This document shows, piece by piece, positions 30,039-39,595 of a stretch of 64,000 nucleotides of DNA. Below the pieces are notes generated by a model that searched no databases, was not told the origin of the DNA, and saw only the letters and a list, made by a program, of their open reading frames with translations. A program made the position numbers and the translations under genes. How positions within the stretch are numbered: position 1 is the first letter of the stretch; each line of letters starts with the position of its first letter. The stretch lies in the NCBI GenBank assembly GCA_965214775.1, contig OZ243974.1, forward strand, positions 2,624,001-2,688,000, in the 5' to 3' direction. Source of the DNA: Nitrosopumilus sp. (GTDB lineage: Archaea; Thermoproteota; Nitrososphaeria; Nitrososphaerales; Nitrosopumilaceae).

Positions 30039-31805
30039 ATGGACTTTGCCATTTTAGCTGATGCGTTTAACAAGATGGAATCAACCAAAAAGAGATTAGA
30101 ATTAACACAGTGCTTGGTGGAGTTGTTTGAAAAAACGCCACAGAAAGTCATTGCGCAAATTGTGTACCTGCTCCAAGGAAAGCTGAGGCCGGACTTTGAG
30201 GGTGTGGAGCTGGGTGTTGCAGAAAAACTCGCAATAAGGGCCATCGCAAAATCATCAGGCGCCCCCGTCAAAAAAATCGAAGAGCAGTACAGGAAGGGAG
30301 GGGATCTGGGCCATGCGGCCTCGGCAATCCTAGAACAAAAGACCCAAACGACTTTTCTTGCCGAAGACATTACAGTTGAGCGGGTTTACGAAACACTTTT
30401 CAAAATAGCAAGGCTGGAGGGGACAAGATCACAAGACATGAAGATGAAATACATCTCTAGCCTGCTCAATGACGCAAATCCTCTTGAGGCAAGATTCATT
30501 TTGAAAATATTACTTGGGACACTGAGGCTGGGGGTTGCAGAAAACACTGTCATGGATGCGTTGGCAATTGCGTTTTCAGGCAACAAAGACAACAGGAAAG
30601 TTTTGGAGCATGCATATAACGTTTCAAGTGATTTGGGAAAGGTTGCAGAGGCAGTTTCTGAGAAAGGGCTGGAAGGAGTGGAAAGGTTTGAAGTCATTTT
30701 GTTTAATCCAGTCAGGCCAATGCTTGCAGACAGGGTAAAAAGCAAGGAAGAATCCGTAGAAAGGCTGGGAAGCAACTTTGCAGCCGAATACAAGCTTGAC
30801 GGGGAAAGAGTCCAGCTGCACGTTGAAGGCGACAAGGTGGTCTTGTACTCTAGAAGCCTAGAGAACATCTCCAGTTATTATCCAGACATTATAGAAAAAA
30901 TCCCAAAATCCATAATAGCTGATAATGCGATTTTAGAGGCAGAGGCAGTTGCAGTAAACGAGAACACGGGGGAATTTTTGCCGTTTCAAGAACTAATGCA
31001 CAGAAGAAGAAAATATAAAATTGAAAAAGCCGTTACACAGTATCCGATCACGGTGAATTTTTTTGATGTTTTGTTTTGCAATGACAAAAGTTGTTTGGAT
31101 CTAAGCTACGAAAAGAGAAGAGAAAAGCTTGAAAAGATAGTCAAGGAAAACGAATATGTCAAGCACATTCCGATGACAGTTGCAAAAAATGAAAACGATG
31201 TGGAAGAATTCCTCGAGAACAGCATCAATGCAGGAAGCGAGGGATTGATGCTCAAAATGCTAGACAAGCCATACCAGGCAGGGTCCAGGGGAAGTTATTG
31301 GTTAAAACTCAAACGGGAATATCAAAACGAACTTGGAGACAGCCTGGATCTTGTTGTAATCGGTGGGTTCTTTGGAAAGGGAAGAAGGGTAGGAAGCTAT
31401 GGAACGCTGCTTCTTGCAACATATGATGAAGACACCGACATGTTTACAAGCATATGCAAGGTAGGTACGGGATTTTCAGACGAAGACCTGGATCAGCTCT
31501 ATCAGATTCTGCAGCCCAAAGTCACAATCAAGAAAAATCCAAGAATAGAAAGCGAGATGGAAGCTGATGTCTGGTTTGAGCCAGAACTAGTAGTCGAAGT
31601 CGTCGCATCAGAAATTACCCTCAGTCCGATTCACAAGGCTGCAATGGACAGAGTAAGAAAAAATGCAGGGCTGGCATTAAGATTCCCCAAATTTACAGGA
31701 AAAATAAGAACGGAGAAGACGGCCGAAGACGCATCGACAAATGAGGAAGTCATATCACTTTACAAAGGTCAGAAAAAAGTGGCCCGCGACAAAAGCCTGG
31801 TTTAA
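30039..31805 (+). CDS. lig: ATP-dependent DNA ligase
   Basis: EYKLDGER, EGLMLK, WLKLKREY, LRFPKF. Confidence 0.97.
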   Translation: MDFAILADAFNKMESTKKRLELTQCLVELFEKTPQKVIAQIVYLLQGKLRPDFEGVELGVAEKLAIRAIAKSSGAPVKKIEEQYRKGGDLGHAASAILEQKTQTTFLAEDITVERVYETLFKIARLEGTRSQDMKMKYISSLLNDANPLEARFILKILLGTLRLGVAENTVMDALAIAFSGNKDNRKVLEHAYNVSSDLGKVAEAVSEKGLEGVERFEVILFNPVRPMLADRVKSKEESVERLGSNFAAEYKLDGERVQLHVEGDKVVLYSRSLENISSYYPDIIEKIPKSIIADNAILEAEAVAVNENTGEFLPFQELMHRRRKYKIEKAVTQYPITVNFFDVLFCNDKSCLDLSYEKRREKLEKIVKENEYVKHIPMTVAKNENDVEEFLENSINAGSEGLMLKMLDKPYQAGSRGSYWLKLKREYQNELGDSLDLVVIGGFFGKGRRVGSYGTLLLATYDEDTDMFTSICKVGTGFSDEDLDQLYQILQPKVTIKKNPRIESEMEADVWFEPELVVEVVASEITLSPIHKAAMDRVRKNAGLALRFPKFTGKIRTEKTAEDASTNEEVISLYKGQKKVARDKSLV

Positions 31806-31871
31806 TCGAGCTCAATTTTTCGCGAAAAACATAGAGGATTTAAATTACCATGGCAATCCTTGGTTTCTGTT

Positions 31872-32525
31872 ATGTATAGCGGAGAGCTTGAGGTTCAGGC
31901 AAAAAGAAAGGCCATTGCAGTTTTGCAAGATGAGATTAATAGAATTCTGAACGCCGCAAGGGAGCTTGCAACGCTTCCTGACCTAATGATGAAAAAAAAC
32001 AGGACAGGAATCAAAAACGCCCTAGAGCAAATTTCAACGATTGAAGAAGAGGTCGAAAACCTGAGAAGAAAGATCACCCGCGAGGTTGCAGACGTAGGCG
32101 GGCTGATCATGAACAGGGAAAACCTCCTCAACACGGCATACACAATGGATGAGATTGCAGGATACATTACGGGAATTTCGTTCAAACTCTCAAACGTGAA
32201 ACCGACTACATTGAAAAGCGCAAAGCTGGACAAGGACGTTACAAAACTAATCGAACTAGTTGTAGATGAGGTCTACAAACTAAACGAGATCATCAGAAGC
32301 CTAAACACAAACACGGCAAATGCAATCGAACTGGCACAGGAAACACAGACAATTGAGCGTGAAATCGACGTCAAATACAGACAGGCTACATTAAAACTCC
32401 TGACCGAAGTTGGAAACACAAAAGAGCTGATGCTCATGAAGGATGTCATCGAGGGAATCGAAGAGATGGCAGACAAGTGCCAAAGAGTTTCAGATTCGTT
32501 CATACTGTTGGCATTAAGCCTCTGA
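31872..32525 (+). CDS. DUF47/PhoU-like phosphate transport regulator
   Basis: Helical repeats IEEEVE..RR, IEREID, IEEMADKC. Confidence 0.85.
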   Translation: MYSGELEVQAKRKAIAVLQDEINRILNAARELATLPDLMMKKNRTGIKNALEQISTIEEEVENLRRKITREVADVGGLIMNRENLLNTAYTMDEIAGYITGISFKLSNVKPTTLKSAKLDKDVTKLIELVVDEVYKLNEIIRSLNTNTANAIELAQETQTIEREIDVKYRQATLKLLTEVGNTKELMLMKDVIEGIEEMADKCQRVSDSFILLALSL

Positions 32526-32611
32526 CGGACGTATGCACATACACATCATTTACTTTTTGCCCTATTTTTCGCACCAAGAGAATTCATATACGTTACAAAC
32601 CGTCTAAAACC

Positions 32612-33148
32612 ATGAAAAGCGAGTTGGTTGAAAACAGAATCATTGTTTGGGACATTGAGGATTCAAAAAAGCTTTTCAGCAAGGGGTATTATGGAAAACC
32701 CATCGGAATTCCAAAACCAAAACCTGAAGAAATTGACGTTCCGCTAGTTTTAGACTTGATCGAGGGATTGTATCTTTTAGAAAACAAAAAGATCACGGTT
32801 ACAAAATCAAGACGAAAAGTCACAGTTGATAAAATGACAGAGATTTGCAAAAAAGAATACCACGGCTTTGACAAGAAATATCTGGTTTACAAGGATTTCA
32901 GGGACAAGGGATACATAATCAATCCCGGAATCAAGTTTGGTTGTGACTTTGCAGTGTATGAAAGGGGGCCGGGCATTGATCACGCCCCGTACCTGGTTCA
33001 AGTGTATGACAGAAGTGAGGCAATCACGTCAACTAGAATAGTTCTTGCAGGAAGGCTGGCAGCAGCTGTCAAAAAGCAGTTTATTCTGGCAATCCCCAAG
33101 GGAAAGGACAGAGTGGATTTTCTAGCCCTGGACTGGTGGAAGGCTTAG
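32612..33148 (+). CDS. endA: tRNA-intron endonuclease catalytic subunit
   Basis: VYKDFRDKGY...GIKFGCDFAVYERGPGIDHAPY...GRLA..VKK. Confidence 0.95.
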   Translation: MKSELVENRIIVWDIEDSKKLFSKGYYGKPIGIPKPKPEEIDVPLVLDLIEGLYLLENKKITVTKSRRKVTVDKMTEICKKEYHGFDKKYLVYKDFRDKGYIINPGIKFGCDFAVYERGPGIDHAPYLVQVYDRSEAITSTRIVLAGRLAAAVKKQFILAIPKGKDRVDFLALDWWKA

Positions 33149-33528
33149 ACAGATGACGATTTTATGTGGCCGGCAATGCAGTCATAAATTTCAAAGAGCT
33201 CTTTTGTAATTCCAAAAGACAGGTGATCATCCCATTTGCCCCTGATTCTTATGGCGCCATCAGTGGGCTCTACATAGATGGTTGCATCCTTTACTGACTG
33301 CCTTGCAATCATCTCGTTTAGTTTGGCATCCTCGTTGAGTTTTGTTGCAAGGATTCCCGGACCGTTCCAAGAAACAGAAACCACGGTTTTTGAGGCAAAA
33401 TGCCCCTTTGTGTCTAGGATTGTTCTTGCCACATAGCTGCCGGCATCAGCACCAGCACTTTTTCTTACGATAAAGTGTGCCTGGTATCTGTCTAGTGCGC
33501 CCCATGGAAGTGGATTTGGATCTTGCAT
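33145..33528 (-). CDS. Hypothetical protein
   Basis: 127-aa ORF in gene-dense core region. Confidence 0.7.
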   Translation of the reverse strand: MQDPNPLPWGALDRYQAHFIVRKSAGADAGSYVARTILDTKGHFASKTVVSVSWNGPGILATKLNEDAKLNEMIARQSVKDATIYVEPTDGAIRIRGKWDDHLSFGITKELFEIYDCIAGHIKSSSV

Positions 33529-33536
33529 GACTACTG

Positions 33537-33779
33537 CTATCCCTTTTGTATAATTTGGATGACGTCAATATTGGAGTTTTTTACATCCAAGCATCCTCGA
33601 TTCGTGACCATCCGGGCAGTATGGGCAAAATATCTGCTGTAATAATCACCCAGCAGTTCAACGTCATCGGTTCCAATTTCTTTGGATTCAGAGTCTATGC
33701 CGATCTCCTCTAGCATTTTGCTGAATTTTTCGGGCCAAGTTTGGTAGACAAACGTGTCTGGCTCTGAGTCATGCATCAA
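33537..33779 (-). CDS. Hypothetical protein
   Basis: 80-aa ORF co-oriented with the previous one. Confidence 0.65.
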   Translation of the reverse strand: MMHDSEPDTFVYQTWPEKFSKMLEEIGIDSESKEIGTDDVELLGDYYSRYFAHTARMVTNRGCLDVKNSNIDVIQIIQKG

Positions 33780-33876
33780 AAATCATGAATCATGCCCACA
33801 AATAAAGATATCAAAAAAACTCTCCCAGGGATCAATCCAAATAAATATCACAGATGAATGGGGATTTTGTTTCACC

Positions 33877-35652
33877 ATGAAATTCCAGAACAAAGTCGCC
33901 CTTGTAACGGGAAGCGGAACAGGAATCGGAAAGGCCATTGCCACCAAGTTTGTCGAGGAGGGTGCAAGCGTGATCATCCTTGGAAGAAGGAAAGAGCCGC
34001 TTGAACAGGCAGCAAAGGAACTGGAAGGAAAGATCCCCCAGGCAGCAGCAGGAGGAAGAGGCTCCACAGTCAGGATTTTTGCAGGGGTTGACGTTGCTGA
34101 CGAATCTGCAATGAACAACATGTTTGATATTCTGAAAAATGACAACGTTACTGTTGATTACATGATTAACAATGCAGGGGTTTCAGGTCCCGTCACCTGC
34201 TTTGCAAACTCGCCAGTTGACGAGTTTAAGTGCACGGTGGGAATCCACCTGACAGGCACCTTCTGGGGCTCCGTACAGGCACTGAGAGTTATGAAAAAAG
34301 GAGGAAAGATAATTACAATTTCGACATTCTTTACCGAAGAGAGGCCATTAGAACAAAGGCCATACAGGTTCAGAAGCCCATATACTGCATCACAGGGTGC
34401 AAAGAACAGGCTAGCTGAATGCATGTCATGGGAATTAACTGAGAAAGGAATTGTTTCAATTGCAACAAATCCCGGACCGGTTCACTCTGATAGAATTTAC
34501 AAGACAGTATATCCAAAGGCTGCTGCAGAATTTATGAGAGTCAGTGGATTTGAGGACTTGGATCCGGTCCAAGTTGAGGAATCAAGAGACGATCTGCTAG
34601 AATGCATACTAGCTGATGGTATTGACAAACAAGGAATTGCCAAAGTGGCAGAAAAACTGGCAGACGGAAGAGACGTTGCAAAACTTACTGAGACATACAC
34701 AAACCTGCTGACCAAAATCAAGACAATTGCAGAAAAAGTTCAAAACAATACATCCCACATGATTGCAAACAAAGAATTTTTGGAACAGTCACAAGTGGCA
34801 GAATCTGTTCTCAATCTGTGCGACGATGAAATTGCAAACATTCTCAATGGCAAGGTCATTCCAGGCGACAGGGTCTTCTATCCAGTCAAGCCGCACGTCG
34901 GAACGGCGACTCCCGGCGTCCATCAGCCAGACTTTGCAGGAAGATCGGTGGTTTTCACCATAGATGGAACAGACAGGGCAGACGCACAAAGGGTGGAATT
35001 TTTGGCACGGCACGTTGAGAAGAACAATGGCAAAGTAGCATGTTTTATCTCGCAAACTACGCCGACTGAGGTTCAAGAGTCAATTAGCGGCAAATTCCAC
35101 TCGCATATAGTAGACATTTCAAATCCCGAAGAGGTTCAGAGGTGGCTAAACACCGCAAGGGCAAACATTGGTGATATTTTAGGCGTAATTCACGTTACTG
35201 GAAGACTTCCAGACATGGGCAAGCTGACTGAACTAGACAGGGCAGCATGGGAGGAACTGGTCGCAAAATTCATCACCACTCCGGCAATTGTCGCCCAAAG
35301 GGCATTGGAGCACTATGTCCCAGGAGGCAGAAAAGACCCAAGGCTGTTCAAAGACAAGACAGGCTCCATTATGATCATCGGTCCTGACTTGCCGGTGGGA
35401 CGCAAAGTCTCAGGCATTCAGAGAGCTCAGGTAGAAGTTTTCAGGGGGGCCCTCAGGCCGTTTACGACAACAGTAAACCAAGAACTAAGCGACGTCCTAA
35501 AATCAAAGATCAGGTTGTTTACAGTGCTTCCCGGTTCTGTTACAGGTTCTGAGCCGGACAATCAAAAAATTGCAGATGCGTTTAACTTTCTTGTATCAGA
35601 AAGCTCCGCTTCATCATCTGAAGTAACTTTCTGTGTTGACGAGTCAAGGTAA
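33877..35652 (+). CDS. Two-domain SDR oxidoreductase
   Basis: TGSGTGIG, NNAG, RSPYTASQ, NPGPVHSDRI; second degenerate SDR domain. Confidence 0.88.
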   Translation: MKFQNKVALVTGSGTGIGKAIATKFVEEGASVIILGRRKEPLEQAAKELEGKIPQAAAGGRGSTVRIFAGVDVADESAMNNMFDILKNDNVTVDYMINNAGVSGPVTCFANSPVDEFKCTVGIHLTGTFWGSVQALRVMKKGGKIITISTFFTEERPLEQRPYRFRSPYTASQGAKNRLAECMSWELTEKGIVSIATNPGPVHSDRIYKTVYPKAAAEFMRVSGFEDLDPVQVEESRDDLLECILADGIDKQGIAKVAEKLADGRDVAKLTETYTNLLTKIKTIAEKVQNNTSHMIANKEFLEQSQVAESVLNLCDDEIANILNGKVIPGDRVFYPVKPHVGTATPGVHQPDFAGRSVVFTIDGTDRADAQRVEFLARHVEKNNGKVACFISQTTPTEVQESISGKFHSHIVDISNPEEVQRWLNTARANIGDILGVIHVTGRLPDMGKLTELDRAAWEELVAKFITTPAIVAQRALEHYVPGGRKDPRLFKDKTGSIMIIGPDLPVGRKVSGIQRAQVEVFRGALRPFTTTVNQELSDVLKSKIRLFTVLPGSVTGSEPDNQKIADAFNFLVSESSASSSEVTFCVDESR

Positions 35653-35654
35653 GA

Positions 35655-36104
35655 ATGAAAAAATTCAAAGAGTTCAGAGTAGGAGACACGTTCCAGTCCA
35701 CATGCAGTATTTCCGGCAAAGAACTTGAAGAGTATCTAGGCTTCTCCAGAGTTCGAAACGCGTTCTTGGATGAAATGAAAAAAACAGAGCCGATGGTTTC
35801 AGGAAGAGCAATTTTATCAAGAATGGAAGGGGAATTTACAAGACTGAGCCAGATTTACGGAAACCACATTGTCTTTATCGGGACAGACGGGGACGCAGAA
35901 TGGGAAAACAGAAGCACTAGGTTTCTAAAGCCATTATCCACTGATCAGGTGTTAAGATTAAAGTTCACTGTATCTGAAAAGGAAGACATTGATGAGGAGT
36001 ATGGAAAAATCGCAATAGATTTTGAGGGAACAGACAAGGATGGAAAAACCATCGTCATATCCAAAAAGAATCTCTACAGAATTAAAAAAGAACCTCCAGG
36101 ATGA
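35655..36104 (+). CDS. Hot-dog fold (MaoC-like) protein
   Basis: FKEFRVGDTF...TRFLKPLSTDQVL pattern. Confidence 0.7.
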   Translation: MKKFKEFRVGDTFQSTCSISGKELEEYLGFSRVRNAFLDEMKKTEPMVSGRAILSRMEGEFTRLSQIYGNHIVFIGTDGDAEWENRSTRFLKPLSTDQVLRLKFTVSEKEDIDEEYGKIAIDFEGTDKDGKTIVISKKNLYRIKKEPPG

Positions 36105-36116
36105 CATGCTGAGAAC

Positions 36117-36487
36117 GGAGTTGTTTCCTAATTTCACCTGCCTGACTCTGCCTGTATGTTTTTCTGAATTTTCCCCCTGATGCCACGAACTGTTTTTTCT
36201 GTATACTCATGCATGTACGTATGACTTGATCTTAATCTTTGGATCAAAAATAGTTGTCAAGATTGTCCGCTTCTTTTATGTGCTGACTACATGAACAAGA
36301 CGAAAATCCTCACGGACGCCATGCATGTCAAAAAGGATGCTAGGGATCACACCAGAATCCTGGCGGGCGCTCCGTGCTGCTTGGCAACACCACTGCACAG
36401 ACCGCAGAGATTGCCGGCGTGACACAGCGTACCGTACATATGTGGATCAAGGGATTCGAGTTTGATGGCACTGATGGTCTCTGCGAC
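36117..36487. mobile_element. Stack of remnants: GGGGTTGTC-MITE half, IS630-like left end (36178-36290, minus), IS630 N-terminal pseudogene (36291-36487, plus)
   Basis: MNKTKILTDA...LLGNTTAQTAEIAGVTQRTV matches 8334-9320 with a frameshift. Confidence 0.75.
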
Positions 36488-36577
36488 GTACGAGTTTACC
36501 CCTTGGGCGTCACTGGTGTCTGGAGCCTTTATTATCACGCCTGCCACGCCGTATCCCAGGCAGGGGTAAACTCGTAC
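36488..36577. mobile_element. 90-bp MITE with GTAC ends
   Basis: Perfect 16-bp TIR GTACGAGTTTACCCCT; no TSD. Confidence 0.8.
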
Positions 36578-36615
36578 CCTCACAAGACCACTAGAAAAGC
36601 AGCGCAGACAAAATT

Positions 36616-37389
36616 TCAAGGCCAAAACATCATTGTTCCATCAATAACGGAATCAAAAAATAATTTTCCAGCTGCAATCAAAATTACAACTGAAACAAGA
36701 ATTTGCAAGTAACGTTCTGTGATTTCAATGGACAGCCTTGCTCCGACTAGCCCTCCTGCAAACGAGCCTGCTGCCAAAAACCCAGCTTGGGTAAAATCAG
36801 GATGTCCAAGAAAACTATGGGTGATGACCCCAGACAAAGACGCAAACAATAAAATTAATTGAGATGTCGGAGCGGCCCTTTTCATTGCCATCCCCATTCC
36901 AGCTACCATTAGCGGAACAAATACAATCCCCCCGCCAATTCCAAAGAAAGACGAGATTATTCCCGCAAAAAAGCTTGCACCTACTGCAAAAATCACCACC
37001 TGTATGGATAGTTTTTTTTCTTTTGATTCTAATTTTCTTCTCAAAAAGATATAGGCCGCCGATGCAACCAGCACCAAGCCAAACAACATCTTAAAGATGA
37101 CAGGTGTCACGTCCGAGGAGATCAGTGCGCCTAAAACAGATCCTGGAACAGAGAGCAAACCGAGCTTGATTCCTAGTGAAAATTCAACTCTTTTTTGTTT
37201 CGAATAAGAGACAGTGGACGCAACGGCGTTGCCTAGTGCTGCAAACAAACTGTTGCTAGCAGCTGCAGTAGGAGAAAAACCAAGAAATGTCAAAACAGGC
37301 ACGACAATTATGCCCCCTCCAAGTCCAATCATCGAACCCAGCATCCCTGCTGCAAAGCCAAGCAGAATTAGCCACAATTGATCAATCAT
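36616..37389 (-). CDS. Sulfite exporter TauE/SafE family permease
   Basis: Duplicated G(L/I)GGGI..VP and A..(N/T)S motifs; multiple TM helices. Confidence 0.92.
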   Translation of the reverse strand: MIDQLWLILLGFAAGMLGSMIGLGGGIIVVPVLTFLGFSPTAAASNSLFAALGNAVASTVSYSKQKRVEFSLGIKLGLLSVPGSVLGALISSDVTPVIFKMLFGLVLVASAAYIFLRRKLESKEKKLSIQVVIFAVGASFFAGIISSFFGIGGGIVFVPLMVAGMGMAMKRAAPTSQLILLFASLSGVITHSFLGHPDFTQAGFLAAGSFAGGLVGARLSIEITERYLQILVSVVILIAAGKLFFDSVIDGTMMFWP

Positions 37390-37428
37390 CGTAATGTCAA
37401 CCAGGGAATTTTCCATCACACAATCAGA

Positions 37429-38073
37429 CTACTTTAGAATCAGCAGCGTGCGCAAAACAGAATTTTCGTTGGAGGTTATCTCCAAAATGATTTCGGCATT
37501 TTCTAAATCTTCAACTTTGGATTTGATGTTGTGCTTGTCTGAATCAAGATAGAATTTTTCTACGGCCTCAAACCAAGAGGTTGGAGTTGGAAACTCCTTG
37601 GATTGCTGCTCCTCCTCCCAGCAGTCACAAACAAGGGATTCTATCATGCTTTCAAAAATTCTAAAGACCTTGTCCCTATTGGCATCCAATGTGCTTGTTT
37701 CAAGATTCGCTATGGCCACAACCGGGGAATCAACATCACCTCCTAGATTGATGTTGCCAAGGGCATTTCCCGAGGAATCATAAACGGCAGTAGTTGTACA
37801 ATAACTCACAGATCTTGCAAGTTCCTTTCGCTCCTCGTCAAAATACAAGCAATACCGGTCTATGGTATCATCAGTGATGGCAGTAGGAGGCGAGACGATA
37901 ATGCCATGCTCTGCCAAAGCTGTTTGAATTAACTCAATATCATAATAGGTAAAACCGGATTCGTAAATCGGAATTGATTCAGGTTCTGACTTTGTACTGC
38001 CTGCCAGGATTACAGATGCTGAAATTGCTGCAATTGCCCCAATTACGATTGGTATGATCACTAGTTTGTTCAC
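37429..38073 (-). CDS. Exported hypothetical protein
   Basis: N-terminal TM/signal; LVCDCW motif. Confidence 0.75.
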   Translation of the reverse strand: MNKLVIIPIVIGAIAAISASVILAGSTKSEPESIPIYESGFTYYDIELIQTALAEHGIIVSPPTAITDDTIDRYCLYFDEERKELARSVSYCTTTAVYDSSGNALGNINLGGDVDSPVVAIANLETSTLDANRDKVFRIFESMIESLVCDCWEEEQQSKEFPTPTSWFEAVEKFYLDSDKHNIKSKVEDLENAEIILEITSNENSVLRTLLILK

Positions 38074-38111
38074 AAAATACAGGCGTTATGTTCAAAGATA
38101 AGGTTTTGCAA

Positions 38112-38603
38112 TCAGATAGAAATTATTCTCAAAACGGAGTCTTGTGTGATGTTGTTTGCATCAACAAAGCCTGCAGTTACTTCCAACACATACTTTGCAT
38201 CCCCTTCTGGGACAACGCTCTGACATGTTGTGATCTCTAGTGCGGTCTTACATGGCGGAACGTCTTTTTCAATGTGTACTACCTTTCCGTCTTCATCAAA
38301 CCAGATCATGTCTAGATGAAATTGCATGTTTAGCATCCACAATGAGTAAAGGCCCGGTTCGTCAAATACGAAGATCATTCCCTGATCGCCTGGCAATTGC
38401 TCCTGGAACATCAAACCACGAACGCGTCTCGGTTCAGTGTCAGCTATTTGTACCTCCAAGGGGACATCGTCAACCTTGATTGTTCCTCGGGGAAACTCCA
38501 CTGACTCTAACTTGCTTTCACTTGGGATGGACATCAAACCAACCACGCCCACAATAACTGCGGCCACAATGATTGGAACCAGGGCCTGGGTTCTAGTAGC
38601 CAT
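38112..38603 (-). CDS. DUF192 domain protein
   Basis: IADT..RRVRGLMF...GMIFVF...LWMLNM..LDMIW...YVLEVTAG. Confidence 0.92.
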   Translation of the reverse strand: MATRTQALVPIIVAAVIVGVVGLMSIPSESKLESVEFPRGTIKVDDVPLEVQIADTEPRRVRGLMFQEQLPGDQGMIFVFDEPGLYSLWMLNMQFHLDMIWFDEDGKVVHIEKDVPPCKTALEITTCQSVVPEGDAKYVLEVTAGFVDANNITQDSVLRIISI

Positions 38604-38641
38604 GAAATTAGTCAGTTGTGTCCTTTTAAAAACTAAGACAG

Positions 38642-38995
38642 TCACAACATTACGGATTGCTTGAAATCGCGAATCGAAGAGATCGTGTTTTTTGCCTCAT
38701 GGCCGATATCATGAATGGTGGCACTGTTGTATTTTTTCTCCAAATACCGACCTGCGACAATCATGGGTCCTCCCACTGCACAGGTCACGCCGGTCGGTTC
38801 TGGAACCCACAGCATCAGAAATCCGATTTTTTGCAGTTTTTTGCCAGGTGCAGGGGCTTTTTGCAAGGCATTCAGCGAGTTTGCAGCGTGTTTTCCATCC
38901 ATTCCGGCGACATCACTGTACAAACCGGCTCTGCGTTTGGCAGACTCTGAGAATTTCTTTAATTTGTCGAGTCGTTCCTTTAAGGGGTCAACCAT
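38642..38995 (-). CDS. Hypothetical protein
   Basis: 117-aa ORF with VPEPTG hydrophobic hairpin. Confidence 0.65.
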   Translation of the reverse strand: MVDPLKERLDKLKKFSESAKRRAGLYSDVAGMDGKHAANSLNALQKAPAPGKKLQKIGFLMLWVPEPTGVTCAVGGPMIVAGRYLEKKYNSATIHDIGHEAKNTISSIRDFKQSVML

Positions 38996-39130
38996 TCCAC
39001 CATACCATTTAGAAAAGAATAGTTAAGATTCAAGGATCAACAACGATTACCTACAAGTCAACAATGAGTGACAAAATTTCAACAAAAAGACACCCAATTA
39101 TACTAGCCCTGATTTAGATACAAGGATCAG

Positions 39131-39595
39131 ATGAAGCCAAAAACCACCAAGAGGCTGGACTCCATCAAGGCCGCACACAAATCAGAGAGGGCAAGATCTA
39201 GCTCTAGAATGGAGGATTACCTGGAAATCATTTCAGAGCTAGTAGAGCTCAAAGGCTATGCCACGACACTGGACATTTCAAGATACATGAATGTAAGTGC
39301 CCCAAGTGTGACTAAGATGCTTCAACGGTTAGACGAGAATGGGTTTTTAGAATACGAAAAATACCACGGAATCAATCTGACAGACAAGGGAGTGCAAATT
39401 GCGCAAGGCATTAGGCAAAAGCACGGCATCTTGCTGGAGTTCTTTGAGATTCTGGGGATCGGATACGACACTGCAAATGAGGACATTGAAGGAATAGAAC
39501 ACCACCTAAATCCAAAAACAATCAAACAACTAAGAAAATTCATCACATTTCTAAAAGCAGACCCAAAGATTATCGATAATTTTAAAAGTCTTTGA
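39131..39595 (+). CDS. DtxR/MntR family metal-dependent regulator
   Basis: MEDYLE, VSAPSVTKML, KHGILLEFF, IEHHL. Confidence 0.93.
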   Translation: MKPKTTKRLDSIKAAHKSERARSSSRMEDYLEIISELVELKGYATTLDISRYMNVSAPSVTKMLQRLDENGFLEYEKYHGINLTDKGVQIAQGIRQKHGILLEFFEILGIGYDTANEDIEGIEHHLNPKTIKQLRKFITFLKADPKIIDNFKSL

